DNA of 64,000 nt, taken from sequence record PQ850618.1; one strand, given 5' to 3'. The translations under genes and the position numbers were made by a program. Numbering within the stretch: position 1 is the first letter of the stretch; every line of letters starts with the position of its first letter. Shown in pieces: positions 1 to 9,019 of the stretch. The DNA comes from Escherichia phage ManiWeber_Bas99. Under the pieces are notes generated by a model. The model made no database searches. It saw only the letters and a program-made list of their open reading frames with translations, and was not told the DNA's origin.

Positions 1-1428
1 ATGTACCAGTTGAATCCTGCTTTAAGAGAAGTCTGGAAGACGAAAGCGCGATACAAAGTCATATACGGCGGTCGTGCATCTTCCAAATCGCACGATGCCG
101 CTGGTTTTGCTATTTATTTGGCGGCAAACTTCAAATTAAAATTCCTTTGCGTTCGACAATTCCAGAACAAGATTTCTGAATCAGTATATACGCTATTAAA
201 AGACAAAATAGAGATTTCTGATTTTAAAGATGAGTTCAATTTATTAAAGAACTCTATTGAACATAAAAGAACAAAATCTGAATTCTTATTTTACGGTATC
301 GCACGCAACGTTGACGAAATCAAATCAACAGAAGGTGTTGACGTTCTTTGGCTTGAAGAAGCGCACGCGCTGACTGAAGAGCAGTGGGACATTATTGAGC
401 CGACAATTCGTAAGGAAGGGTCAGAAATATGGATCATATTTAACCCTGATGAAGAGGCTGATTTCGTCTACCAGAACTTTGTCATGCGACCGCCGAAAAA
501 TGCCATCGTTAAGAAGATTAACTGGCAGGACAATCCATTCTTGTCGCAAACAATGCTGGATGTTATCGCTGGCATGTATGAGCGCGACCCGAAAAAGGCA
601 GAACACGTTTATGGCGGAGTGCCGAAGACAGGCGGCGATAAGTCGGTCATCAACCGTGCATTCGTCAAAGCCGCGCTAAACCTCCACAAACACCCTACGC
701 TGGGATGGAGCTTGTCAGGGTCTAACCGTATAGGCTTCGACGTGGCGGACGACGGCGACGACTTAAACGCCACAGCATTTGTCACAGGCAACGTATTACG
801 TGGCATCAAGACATGGGAAGGTCTGGAAGATGAATTGCTTAAGTCCGCAAGCGGAGTCTGGAAAGACGCATTGACATTCGGCGCATCAATCACCTATGAC
901 GCCATCGGTGTTGGTGCATTTGCTGGTTCAAAATTTGATGAGCTTAATGAGTATGCAATCCATGAAAATCCAACATTCCCAAGAATCGAATTTAATGCGT
1001 TCAACGCGCAAGGTGCTGTTGATGATCCTGATGACGTTTTCCTTGAGTTACCACACGTTGAAATACTCAATAAAGACCATTTCGCAAACATAAAAGCGCA
1101 AAAATGGACTGAGATTGCCGAACGATTCAGGAAGACATATGAGTATGCGACAGGGCAGGCCGTATATCCGACTGATGAGTTGATTTCCATCGACACAGAC
1201 GGCATCCCAGAACTTGGGATTCCTGCTTGGACTGCGGAAGAGATTGAGACGTTTCTTTTTGAGATGTCAGCGCCGCGCAAAGATACGTCTGTTCTTGGTA
1301 AGTTCAAAGTTGAATCGAAAAAAGATATGGCAAAGCGTGGAGTCAAATCGCCTAACAAAGCGGACGCCGCAATCATGGCATTGATGAAACCAATTGTTGC
1401 AGCATCCGGCTTCTTCTCTAACCTTTAA
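1..1428 (+). CDS. terminase large subunit
   Basis: 475 aa; N-terminal Walker A-like GGRASSKSHD as in PBSX/terminase_6 large subunits; followed by portal and MuF-like genes. ORF starts at the window edge, so the true start may lie upstream. Confidence 0.8.
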   Translation: MYQLNPALREVWKTKARYKVIYGGRASSKSHDAAGFAIYLAANFKLKFLCVRQFQNKISESVYTLLKDKIEISDFKDEFNLLKNSIEHKRTKSEFLFYGIARNVDEIKSTEGVDVLWLEEAHALTEEQWDIIEPTIRKEGSEIWIIFNPDEEADFVYQNFVMRPPKNAIVKKINWQDNPFLSQTMLDVIAGMYERDPKKAEHVYGGVPKTGGDKSVINRAFVKAALNLHKHPTLGWSLSGSNRIGFDVADDGDDLNATAFVTGNVLRGIKTWEGLEDELLKSASGVWKDALTFGASITYDAIGVGAFAGSKFDELNEYAIHENPTFPRIEFNAFNAQGAVDDPDDVFLELPHVEILNKDHFANIKAQKWTEIAERFRKTYEYATGQAVYPTDELISIDTDGIPELGIPAWTAEEIETFLFEMSAPRKDTSVLGKFKVESKKDMAKRGVKSPNKADAAIMALMKPIVAASGFFSNL

Positions 1429-1431
1429 CAA

Positions 1432-1671
1432 CTAAAGCATTCCGTGCTGAAGGTCAAGCTTTCTTGCGGCAAACGACCTGGCACGGAATCGCTTACCCGC
1501 TCTTACTGCCTGTCGAATCTTCTTTTGCAAACACTTACGGTCAAAATCGTTGCGGTCGACGGCTTCGAGTAAATCGCGACGCAACGCACCCAGTGTCGAC
1601 TTTTCGGAGACTTCAACGCCCAGCGCGGCTGCAACATCTTTCAAAACATCGAGTTCGGTTAAAGTTCTCAT
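1432..1671 (-). CDS. hypothetical protein, basic C-terminus (79 aa)
   Basis: Minus-strand ORF overlapping the upstream gene by 4 nt (ATGA); no recognisable motif. Confidence 0.4.
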   Translation of the reverse strand: MRTLTELDVLKDVAAALGVEVSEKSTLGALRRDLLEAVDRNDFDRKCLQKKIRQAVRAGKRFRARSFAARKLDLQHGML

Positions 1672-2084
1672 TTGATAATCCCCTTGATGTCTGATTCTGC
1701 CATAAATATTGGAGTGCCGCCGCCAGGAACAATCGAGCGTGTGACCTTGTCAAACATATCGTTTTCTTCAACTTGAATACGATAAAATTTATTTTTGGAT
1801 GAAGATGGGCACAATCCCATAAATTTGCCGATGCCGCGAACGCATTCATCTTCAAAGTATACTGTTTCACCTTGAATGGAGTCGATGTCGTCTACTGGAT
1901 AGACCTTGCGACCCAATAGCCACTCATCCAAAGTCGCCTGCAAGACGTTGCGCGCATCTAAAATCCACGGGTCAATAGTAGCACCTTCATATCGCGCAGC
2001 AGTGGCCTTTGCCAGTTCTTCATATTCGCATACGTTAACGACTTCGCCGTTGTGCAAGACGACAAATACAATTGTTGTGCTCAT
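1668..2084 (-). CDS. hypothetical protein (138 aa)
   Basis: Strong SD AAAGGAG 6-7 nt upstream of ATG; own promoter-like element; opposite orientation to flanking packaging genes. Confidence 0.55.
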   Translation of the reverse strand: MSTTIVFVVLHNGEVVNVCEYEELAKATAARYEGATIDPWILDARNVLQATLDEWLLGRKVYPVDDIDSIQGETVYFEDECVRGIGKFMGLCPSSSKNKFYRIQVEENDMFDKVTRSIVPGGGTPIFMAESDIKGIIK

Positions 2085-2112
2085 TTCAATCTCCTTTCGT
2101 TTGGTTAACTAA

Positions 2113-2140
2113 AATATAACTCAAAATGATACAAAAGCAA
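2113..2140 (-). promoter_or_regulatory. sigma70-like promoter (TTGCTT-16-TATATT) for the minus-strand cassette
   Basis: Read on the reverse complement of the 2085-2213 intergenic region; sits upstream of the 1668..2084 gene. Confidence 0.4.
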
Positions 2141-2179
2141 AATATTTTATGAACTATTTATGATCACCATACATATCAT

Positions 2180-2208
2180 TTGCTTACAAACACATGAATA
2201 TTTATAAT
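2180..2208 (+). promoter_or_regulatory. sigma70-like promoter (TTGCTT-17-TATAAT) upstream of portal gene
   Basis: Hexamers TTGCTT at 2180-2185 and TATAAT at 2203-2208 with a 17-nt spacer in an AT-rich intergenic region. Confidence 0.45.
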
Positions 2209-2246
2209 ATAGATTGATTCCCTTTCACTGTCAGGTGGCGTTAACA

Positions 2247-4622
2247 ATGAAAATTCTTGGCATAAAACTCTGGGAGAAGACGCAACCAGAAGCCGAACCA
2301 GCGGAGATGCCGCCAGGCGACCCATTGGCACCGTTTGAACGCCTTGAAAGGCGCGGCAGCGGTCAACGCTGGGAAAAGACTGAAAGCAATCGACCGACCT
2401 TTAAAACGGTTGATGACTTCCCTTTATATGAGCCTGATATTAATGGCGATGGTGTTGCAATCATAAAAGGTCGTTCAGTCGATTCCGCAACAGTATCCAA
2501 AAAGGTTATGGATAATGCCTTAAAGAACATCAGTTCAGAAGGGCAAGTCAACCCATACACAGTACCTATTCAACTTCAAAACTGGTATTTGTCACAGTCA
2601 TTCATCGGCTATCAAGCTTGTGCCATCATCGCACAGCATTGGCTGGTGAACAAGGCGTGTTCCATGGTAGGCCGCGATGCGGTCCGTAAAGGTTGGGAAG
2701 TCAAATCCAGTTCTGAGTCAGAATTGTCAGTACAGGCAAGCGAACGCCTAAAGCAAATTGATAAAGAATTTAATATCAAAGAGCACTTAGTTGAAGCCGA
2801 ACGATTCAAAAATATTTTTGGTATCCGCGTCATCATATTTGATGTGCGTAGCGATGACCCAGAATATTACAGCAAGCCTTTTAACATTGATGGCGTGACA
2901 AAGGGGTCTTATAAGGGAATCATTCAGGTTGACCCTTATTGGATGATGCCGTTTCTGACGTCTGAAAACACAGCAGACCCTGCATCACAGCACTTCTATG
3001 ACCCAGAATATTGGGTAATCAGCGGACAACGTTATCATCGCAGCCACCTCATAATCTTGCGCAACGATGAGCCAGCTGATATTCTCAAGCCGACTTATAT
3101 TTACGGCGGCATTCCTCTGACTCAGCAGATTTATGAACGCATCTATGCCGCTGAACGTACCGCCAACGAAGCGCCATTGCTGGCGATGTCCAAGCGTACA
3201 ACGACGCTGCGGACCGACGTTGACAAGGCTATTGCCAATGAGCGGTCTTTTGCAGAACGTCTGATGATGTGGATCAAGTACCGCGACAACTATGCAGTCA
3301 AAGTGCTTGGCCAAAAAGAAGAGATGGACCAGTTTGACATCAACTTGTCAGACTTCGACAGCATCATCATGAACCAGTACCAGCTTGTGGCCGCAATCGC
3401 AAAAGTTCCGTCGACCAAACTGCTTGGGACTTCGCCAAAAGGCTTTAACGCCACTGGTGAATTCGAGATGGTCAGCTATCACGAAGAGTTGGAAACGTGC
3501 CAGCAGCATGACCTGACAAAAATTCTCGACCGCCATTACAAAATCCTTCTCAAATCAGAAGGGGTGGATGTCGATGTTAAGGTTGCATGGGAACCAGTTG
3601 GCTCACTTACTGCTACTCAACTTGCAGAAATCAATGATAAGCGAGCCAACACTGGCAAAACTCTTATTGATGCTGGCGTCATTTCTCCTGATGAAGAGCG
3701 CGACCGCATCAAAGACGACAAAAACAGCGGCTACAACCGTCTGCCGGAAGACGCAGCAGAAGAAACCCCAGGGATGTCTCCAGAGAATATGGCATTGCTT
3801 GGCAAGTCTGCTGGTGAAGTCCTGCAAGGTAAGGCCGATATTGAACAGGCGAAAGCTGATGTCGTTAAGATGGGCGGCCAGTTCTATAGCGAAACAGGTA
3901 TTATGCCAGAGGGTGCCGCGCGCGGTGAGTTGGCGGAAAACCCTGACAAAGCGCCTGTCGAAATCAACATGGACGATACCGATGATGAATCAAGCCATCA
4001 GGTTGATGTCCTAACGCAGTTGAAAGAAGGGCTGGAGGGTATTGCGGATTACTACCTGAAAGAAGGTCAGGATGTGGATTTTGACCCTCAAAAAGATTCA
4101 CGGTCGGTGCAACCGTCTACCCTTCCAAGCGTTAAAGGACACGTCGTCAACTTACGCCACAACGTGGGTAAAATGGACGCAGCATCATTACCTAAGATGA
4201 AGTTGCACGGAATGATTCTTGGCATTGAGAATCCGCGAAACAGCATTCGTAGAGGAAACAGCCTTGACGGTGAATGGGCCGTGAAGATGCCGCACCACTA
4301 CGGATTCATCAAGGGCACCAAGGGCGCAGACGGTGATGAAGTCGACTGCTTTGTGGGTCCAAATCTGAAGTCGCCGAAAGTCTTTATCGTGAACCAAAAC
4401 GATAACTACTCTGGCGAGTTTGATGAACACAAGTGTATGCTTGGATTCGATTCAGCAGAAGAAGCGAAAGAAGCTTATCAAGCATCATTTGGTAACGGTT
4501 GGAACGGATTCGACTCAATCCACGAATTAGATGTGAACTCATTCAAGGAGTGGTTGAAGGGTGATTGCTCTCAAGCATACGGAGCACTCAATAATCCTAC
4601 TAATTCACCGAAGCAAGGTTGA
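2247..4622 (+). CDS. portal protein with C-terminal inorganic-pyrophosphatase-like domain
   Basis: About 790 aa immediately after TerL and before the MuF-like gene, the expected portal position; ATG at 2247 preceded by AGGTGG. C-terminal ~130 aa contain HHYGFIKGTKGADGDEVDCFV and AEEAKEAYQASF, resembling the PPase motifs YPxNYGxIxxT..DGDPxDVLV and [12 protein letters not shown]. Confidence 0.7.
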   Translation: MKILGIKLWEKTQPEAEPAEMPPGDPLAPFERLERRGSGQRWEKTESNRPTFKTVDDFPLYEPDINGDGVAIIKGRSVDSATVSKKVMDNALKNISSEGQVNPYTVPIQLQNWYLSQSFIGYQACAIIAQHWLVNKACSMVGRDAVRKGWEVKSSSESELSVQASERLKQIDKEFNIKEHLVEAERFKNIFGIRVIIFDVRSDDPEYYSKPFNIDGVTKGSYKGIIQVDPYWMMPFLTSENTADPASQHFYDPEYWVISGQRYHRSHLIILRNDEPADILKPTYIYGGIPLTQQIYERIYAAERTANEAPLLAMSKRTTTLRTDVDKAIANERSFAERLMMWIKYRDNYAVKVLGQKEEMDQFDINLSDFDSIIMNQYQLVAAIAKVPSTKLLGTSPKGFNATGEFEMVSYHEELETCQQHDLTKILDRHYKILLKSEGVDVDVKVAWEPVGSLTATQLAEINDKRANTGKTLIDAGVISPDEERDRIKDDKNSGYNRLPEDAAEETPGMSPENMALLGKSAGEVLQGKADIEQAKADVVKMGGQFYSETGIMPEGAARGELAENPDKAPVEINMDDTDDESSHQVDVLTQLKEGLEGIADYYLKEGQDVDFDPQKDSRSVQPSTLPSVKGHVVNLRHNVGKMDAASLPKMKLHGMILGIENPRNSIRRGNSLDGEWAVKMPHHYGFIKGTKGADGDEVDCFVGPNLKSPKVFIVNQNDNYSGEFDEHKCMLGFDSAEEAKEAYQASFGNGWNGFDSIHELDVNSFKEWLKGDCSQAYGALNNPTNSPKQG

Positions 4623-4623
4623 T

Positions 4624-5475
4624 ATGGCTTTTAAAGCTTCGAAAAAACGTGAACGCCGCTCACCCGATAGAGTCGGGCGCGGCAGTCCGATAATCCCATC
4701 CAACGCTATTGCGATGGCCTATCGTCGTGAGATGAAAGGTCTTTGCTATGCGATGATTGACGACTATCAAGCAGGAATTGCTGAGTGGCTTGAAAAGAAG
4801 CAGGTTAAAAAGTTCTTTGCGCAAGACTCTGCTGATTCAACTTTTCAGACCTTGATGAAGCGACTGCAACTGAAATGGGCAAAAGCTTTCGCCCGTGTCG
4901 GGTCAAAGATTGCCGCAGATTTCATCAAGTCAGTTGAAAAGGGTGCCACTTCTGCTACATTTGCAAGTCTTAAATCTGCAGGAATAGAAGCGCCAAAAGC
5001 CACATATAATAAATTCGTTGAGAACACTCTTAAAACAAGCGAGACGTTCAACACGACTTTAGTGACTAAGGTTGGCGAAGATATTCACAACAGGGTGTAC
5101 GAAGCGGTGATGCTTTCGCTGACTTCGCCAGACCCAGCGCAACAAGGCACGTCAGGCATTCAGGCGGCATTAAGAAATGTAAAACACTTCTCTGCAAAAC
5201 GCGTAGACCTTATCGCTAAAGACCAAACGAGCAAACTTTATTGCGTATTAAGTGATGAAAGGATGCGACAGAATGGCGTTGAGGAATTTGAGTGGGCGCA
5301 TTCAGGAGCAGGCAAAGAGCCGCGAATATCGCATGAGCATGTCGATGGAATGAGATTCAAGCTTGATGACAAACGCTTATGGGAAGTAGGTGGAGAACTT
5401 AAGTTCAAAAAGGGTGACATCGGTCCTCCTGGATGGGCGATACACTGCAAGTGCAGAAAAATACCAATTATCTGA
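4624..5475 (+). CDS. head morphogenesis protein (Mu gpF / SPP1 gp7-like)
   Basis: 284 aa directly after the portal gene; TerL-portal-F synteny typical of Mu-like head modules. Confidence 0.6.
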   Translation: MAFKASKKRERRSPDRVGRGSPIIPSNAIAMAYRREMKGLCYAMIDDYQAGIAEWLEKKQVKKFFAQDSADSTFQTLMKRLQLKWAKAFARVGSKIAADFIKSVEKGATSATFASLKSAGIEAPKATYNKFVENTLKTSETFNTTLVTKVGEDIHNRVYEAVMLSLTSPDPAQQGTSGIQAALRNVKHFSAKRVDLIAKDQTSKLYCVLSDERMRQNGVEEFEWAHSGAGKEPRISHEHVDGMRFKLDDKRLWEVGGELKFKKGDIGPPGWAIHCKCRKIPII

Positions 5476-5482
5476 GGTCATT

Positions 5483-6403
5483 ATGACGATACCAATCAAC
5501 ACATTCCCTCTATCTGGACAAACTCCAGTCTTGCCTGCGGTGTATGCTAATGGCTTGGCGATTGTCTCAGAATTCACTTCTGATAAAAACTTGATTGTTC
5601 CACTGAGCCCGCCGCTTGCATCGGGGTACAACTCAGTAGGTCAATTCTTTATGATTGGCAATGATGGCGATTCGACCAGCAAGCCTAATCTGACATTGTC
5701 TGTACCTAAGATGAACATCACCGACGTTCAAACTGGCTTGACTGCATCAACAATCACCATTGCTTTTGGAGAAGCAGTGATTATAGGAATGGAGTCTGGA
5801 GGGTCCAAGAATGCTGTCGCCGTTAAGGTAGTCAAATCCAGCGACAACCAATACACTTTACCAGCTGCGACGGCTTCCGTTCTCGGCGGCGTCAAAATAG
5901 GAAGCGGAATAAGCGTCGCAGGTGACGGTACAATTAGCGTCACTCAATACTCATTGCCGATTGCGTCAGCATCTACTTTAGGCGGCGTAAAGGTCGGTAC
6001 AACTCTATCAATTGATGGTTCCGGTGTGCTTAACGCAGCGGCAAGCACCGTCCAGAATGCCACGAACAGTGTTAGCAATCCTCCAACCACTTTGGTTAAT
6101 CTGGCAACATTAAACCTTCCTGCAGGCAAGTGGCTGGTCACGGCAAGCCAATTGACCGTTGCAACAGCAGGCGTTCAAGCGAATACCGGAATTACAGTCA
6201 AATTGTCAACAAGCAATTCAGATATTACGGATGATGCATTTACCATGTCAGCTGGCATTCGGGCTGCAGGTCGTTTCGGCGGCAACATCCCAACAAAAGT
6301 AATTACTCTTGCCGCGCCTGGTAATGTGTATTTAAACTATCAGTGCACCGACGCGTTGACATCTACCGTTTACGGACAGATCACCGCAATTAAGCTGAAC
6401 TAA
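5483..6403 (+). CDS. virion protein with tandem LGGVK(I/V)G repeats (fiber-like)
   Basis: ATG at 5483 with GAGGT SD; two repeats ASVLGGVKIGSGISVAGDGTISV and ASTLGGVKVGTTLSIDGSGVLNA; Gly/Thr/Ser-rich. Confidence 0.45.
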   Translation: MTIPINTFPLSGQTPVLPAVYANGLAIVSEFTSDKNLIVPLSPPLASGYNSVGQFFMIGNDGDSTSKPNLTLSVPKMNITDVQTGLTASTITIAFGEAVIIGMESGGSKNAVAVKVVKSSDNQYTLPAATASVLGGVKIGSGISVAGDGTISVTQYSLPIASASTLGGVKVGTTLSIDGSGVLNAAASTVQNATNSVSNPPTTLVNLATLNLPAGKWLVTASQLTVATAGVQANTGITVKLSTSNSDITDDAFTMSAGIRAAGRFGGNIPTKVITLAAPGNVYLNYQCTDALTSTVYGQITAIKLN

Positions 6404-6589
6404 AGAGGAAGTTATGCAAAAGATTATTCAGTCACGTTATGTTAAAGTGCGAAATATTAATTGCAACTCTTTGCTTTCTTGGAAATGGGCTGTTTATGAC
6501 TCGATGTTGATTGGCGTTTTAGTGGCAGGAGTGCTATTTAATATTCACTGAATTCATCGGCAAAGGATTGCCGAGAGTTTTATACGTAT

Positions 6590-6860
6590 AATGACGTATC
6601 ATCCGTATCAAGTAAGTTGTTGTTTTCAAAAGAATCTTACGGATGATACGGATGATACGCGTTGCCGCCGTACTATATAGGAATTCAAATAAATTAATTT
6701 AAAATTATATATCTAATTTAATTTTATTTTTTTATAAACTCTTATATGTGAAAAGTATCCGTATCATCCGTATCATCCGTATCACACCAGTGATAGCGCG
6801 GCTTATACACCGATACGGATAAAAATACGCCTCATTTTATCCGTATCATCCGTATCACAC
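6590..6860. repeat. iteron-like repeat element A
   Basis: Units of CATCCGTATCA in both orientations (6594-6610 forward, 6639-6660 reverse, 6756-6785 forward triple, 6811-6820 reverse, 6839-6858 forward) around an AT-rich core carrying GAATTC; homologous to the element at 58.7 kb. Confidence 0.6.
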
Positions 6861-6914
6861 TAATAAAGGCGCGGCTATATCGGTTGTTATACATATTCAA
6901 ACCATAATTATTGT

Positions 6915-6943
6915 TTGCCTAAGTTTTTTTCATTAGATATAAT
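6915..6943 (+). promoter_or_regulatory. sigma70-like promoter (TTGCCT-17-TATAAT) upstream of scaffold gene
   Basis: Hexamers at 6915-6920 and 6938-6943 with a 17-nt spacer, about 25 nt upstream of the start codon. Confidence 0.4.
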
Positions 6944-6966
6944 ACACAATACTTATTTGAGGGTGG

Positions 6967-8385
6967 ATGCGAATGCAAACGGCACGCGAAATTGACAAAA
7001 ATGGATTCTTGACGATTATGGGTTGTCCGATTTCGTCATTTGGCATTTTTGATTATTCTGCTGGTCAAGTTGGTCTTGATGGTGATCCGAATCGCATCGT
7101 AAAAGTCTATCGCCCTGAGTCAGCGGTGAAAGACCCCGAAGCGATAGATTCATTCAAAAATATCCCTTTCATCGACAATCACGAAATGCTTTCTGGATTT
7201 GAAGGTGATGAGGATAACACAGCACCCGAAGAGTATGGCGTTGATGGCGTTCTAACTGGCAATGTTTATTATGACAAGCCATGGATGCGCGGCGACCTTA
7301 AAGTGTTTAGCCGTCGTCTGAAGAAGGCCATTGATTCTGGAAAGGTTGACTTGTCTTTGGGCTATGACTGTGAATTCATCATACAGTCTGGAGAGTTTGA
7401 CGGGCAGCCGTATGAAGTGGTACAGACAACTCTTCGCGGCAACCACATTGCTCTCGTGGACGTTGGTCGAGTACCAGGTGCACGGGTGCTGGATGGTCGT
7501 TGCTTTGACCATCTTTGTTTGACGACTGTAACACCATCCAACGAGGATTTAGACATGCCAAAACCGTTAAAAGGTAAAGCGCGTGATAATGCTGTTGAAC
7601 AGCTGAAATCACTGATCCCTGCGCTCGAACAATTTCTGAATGAAGAGAGCACCGAAGCGGCTCATCAGGACGAAGTTGAAGTGAAAGCAGAAGAGAAGGA
7701 TTCAACCGAAGAACGTGAAGAAGTGATGGTTGATCCAGAAGTTAAAGCAGAAGCTGAAGAAACTCCAGAAGGTGAAGAGAAGTTTGAAGTTGAAACTGAA
7801 TCTCACGCTGGCGGCGAGCTTCCGCAACTGATCAGCCAAATCGAAGCACTTATTGCAAAACTGAAAGGTGGCGCGGTAGGTGATGAAGAAGAAGTTGAAG
7901 CCGAAGTCAAAGACGAAGAAGTTGAAGTCAAGGCTGAAGATGTATCACCTTGCGACAAAGCTGAAGATGTGGTTAGCGGCCTGCAAAACAGCAACGTAAA
8001 GGGGGCTTCGGTCGAAAAAGATGACAAACCGACAAAAGCGGCGAAAGCGTCGCCAGGTCCAGCAAAAGGGGAACACTCAATGGCATCTGATTCAGCAGTT
8101 GCTGCTTTCTACGCTGATTCTGCTCGTAAGAATAGCCTCTACCAGCGCCTGTCTAAAGTTGTTGGTGCCTTTGATCATGCAACTATGGACTCCAAGTCCG
8201 TAGCGAAATATGGCGCTAAAAAGTTAGGCTTGAAGTGCGTTGATGGTGCTGAGTTTGACGTGGTGGATAATTATCTGCGCGGCGTTGAACACGGTCAAAA
8301 ACAGCGTGTAGTCGCAAAACAAAAGGCCGCTGCGGATTCTGCAGCGACTGACGAAGCATTTGAAGCTTGGTTGAAAGGGGAATAA
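6967..8385 (+). CDS. scaffolding / prohead core protein
   Basis: 472 aa; N-terminal region resembles DUF2213-type phage head proteins (from memory, unverified); central acidic Glu/Lys/Val repeats typical of scaffold proteins; lies upstream of the capsid gene. Confidence 0.5.
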   Translation: MRMQTAREIDKNGFLTIMGCPISSFGIFDYSAGQVGLDGDPNRIVKVYRPESAVKDPEAIDSFKNIPFIDNHEMLSGFEGDEDNTAPEEYGVDGVLTGNVYYDKPWMRGDLKVFSRRLKKAIDSGKVDLSLGYDCEFIIQSGEFDGQPYEVVQTTLRGNHIALVDVGRVPGARVLDGRCFDHLCLTTVTPSNEDLDMPKPLKGKARDNAVEQLKSLIPALEQFLNEESTEAAHQDEVEVKAEEKDSTEEREEVMVDPEVKAEAEETPEGEEKFEVETESHAGGELPQLISQIEALIAKLKGGAVGDEEEVEAEVKDEEVEVKAEDVSPCDKAEDVVSGLQNSNVKGASVEKDDKPTKAAKASPGPAKGEHSMASDSAVAAFYADSARKNSLYQRLSKVVGAFDHATMDSKSVAKYGAKKLGLKCVDGAEFDVVDNYLRGVEHGQKQRVVAKQKAAADSAATDEAFEAWLKGE

Positions 8386-8387
8386 AC

Positions 8388-9005
8388 ATGACTTTCCAAA
8401 CTAGTGTAGGCCGTCAATATACAACTGGCTTTCCTGGCGACATCGTTCGCGACGGCCCACAGCGTGGGAAGCCAGGCCGAATTGCCAACGCTAACGAAGG
8501 CGCAAACGTAAACGCCATCAGCCGTGTGTTCGGTTTTAAGACTGACGTATCCTTAATGGGTACTGGTCAAACCAAAACTTTGGGCGCGCAGGACTTTGAA
8601 GTTGAGCTGGGCGGCACTAACTACTACGGCATCCTCGGCAATAGCAAGCGTTACGCGCTGTATGGCAACTCTACTGGTCCTTTGGGTGCCAGCATGGTCC
8701 TGCCTCAATATAGCGAAGGCGAGTTCTATGATATGTGCACGGGCCTCGTAGTTGAAGTATTCAACCCAAGCACCAGTCCGCAGACGCTTAACTATGGCGA
8801 CCTGCTTGCTTATGTACCTAAAGGCATTTCCAGCGGTAACAACCCGAACAACTTGCCTATTGGTGCAATTATCGCCTATACTGGCTCATTGCCAACTGGC
8901 ATGGTTGCCATCCCAGGCGGTATTGTGATTGACCCGACGACTATTGCCCTTTCCGGCCCAAGCGTCCAGTCTTCCACTTATACCATTGTACAATTGACTC
9001 GTTAA
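8388..9005 (+). CDS. head structural protein (decoration/auxiliary candidate)
   Basis: 205 aa between the scaffold and capsid genes; Gly-rich. Confidence 0.45.
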   Translation: MTFQTSVGRQYTTGFPGDIVRDGPQRGKPGRIANANEGANVNAISRVFGFKTDVSLMGTGQTKTLGAQDFEVELGGTNYYGILGNSKRYALYGNSTGPLGASMVLPQYSEGEFYDMCTGLVVEVFNPSTSPQTLNYGDLLAYVPKGISSGNNPNNLPIGAIIAYTGSLPTGMVAIPGGIVIDPTTIALSGPSVQSSTYTIVQLTR

Positions 9006-9019
9006 TAGGCAGGTGAATA

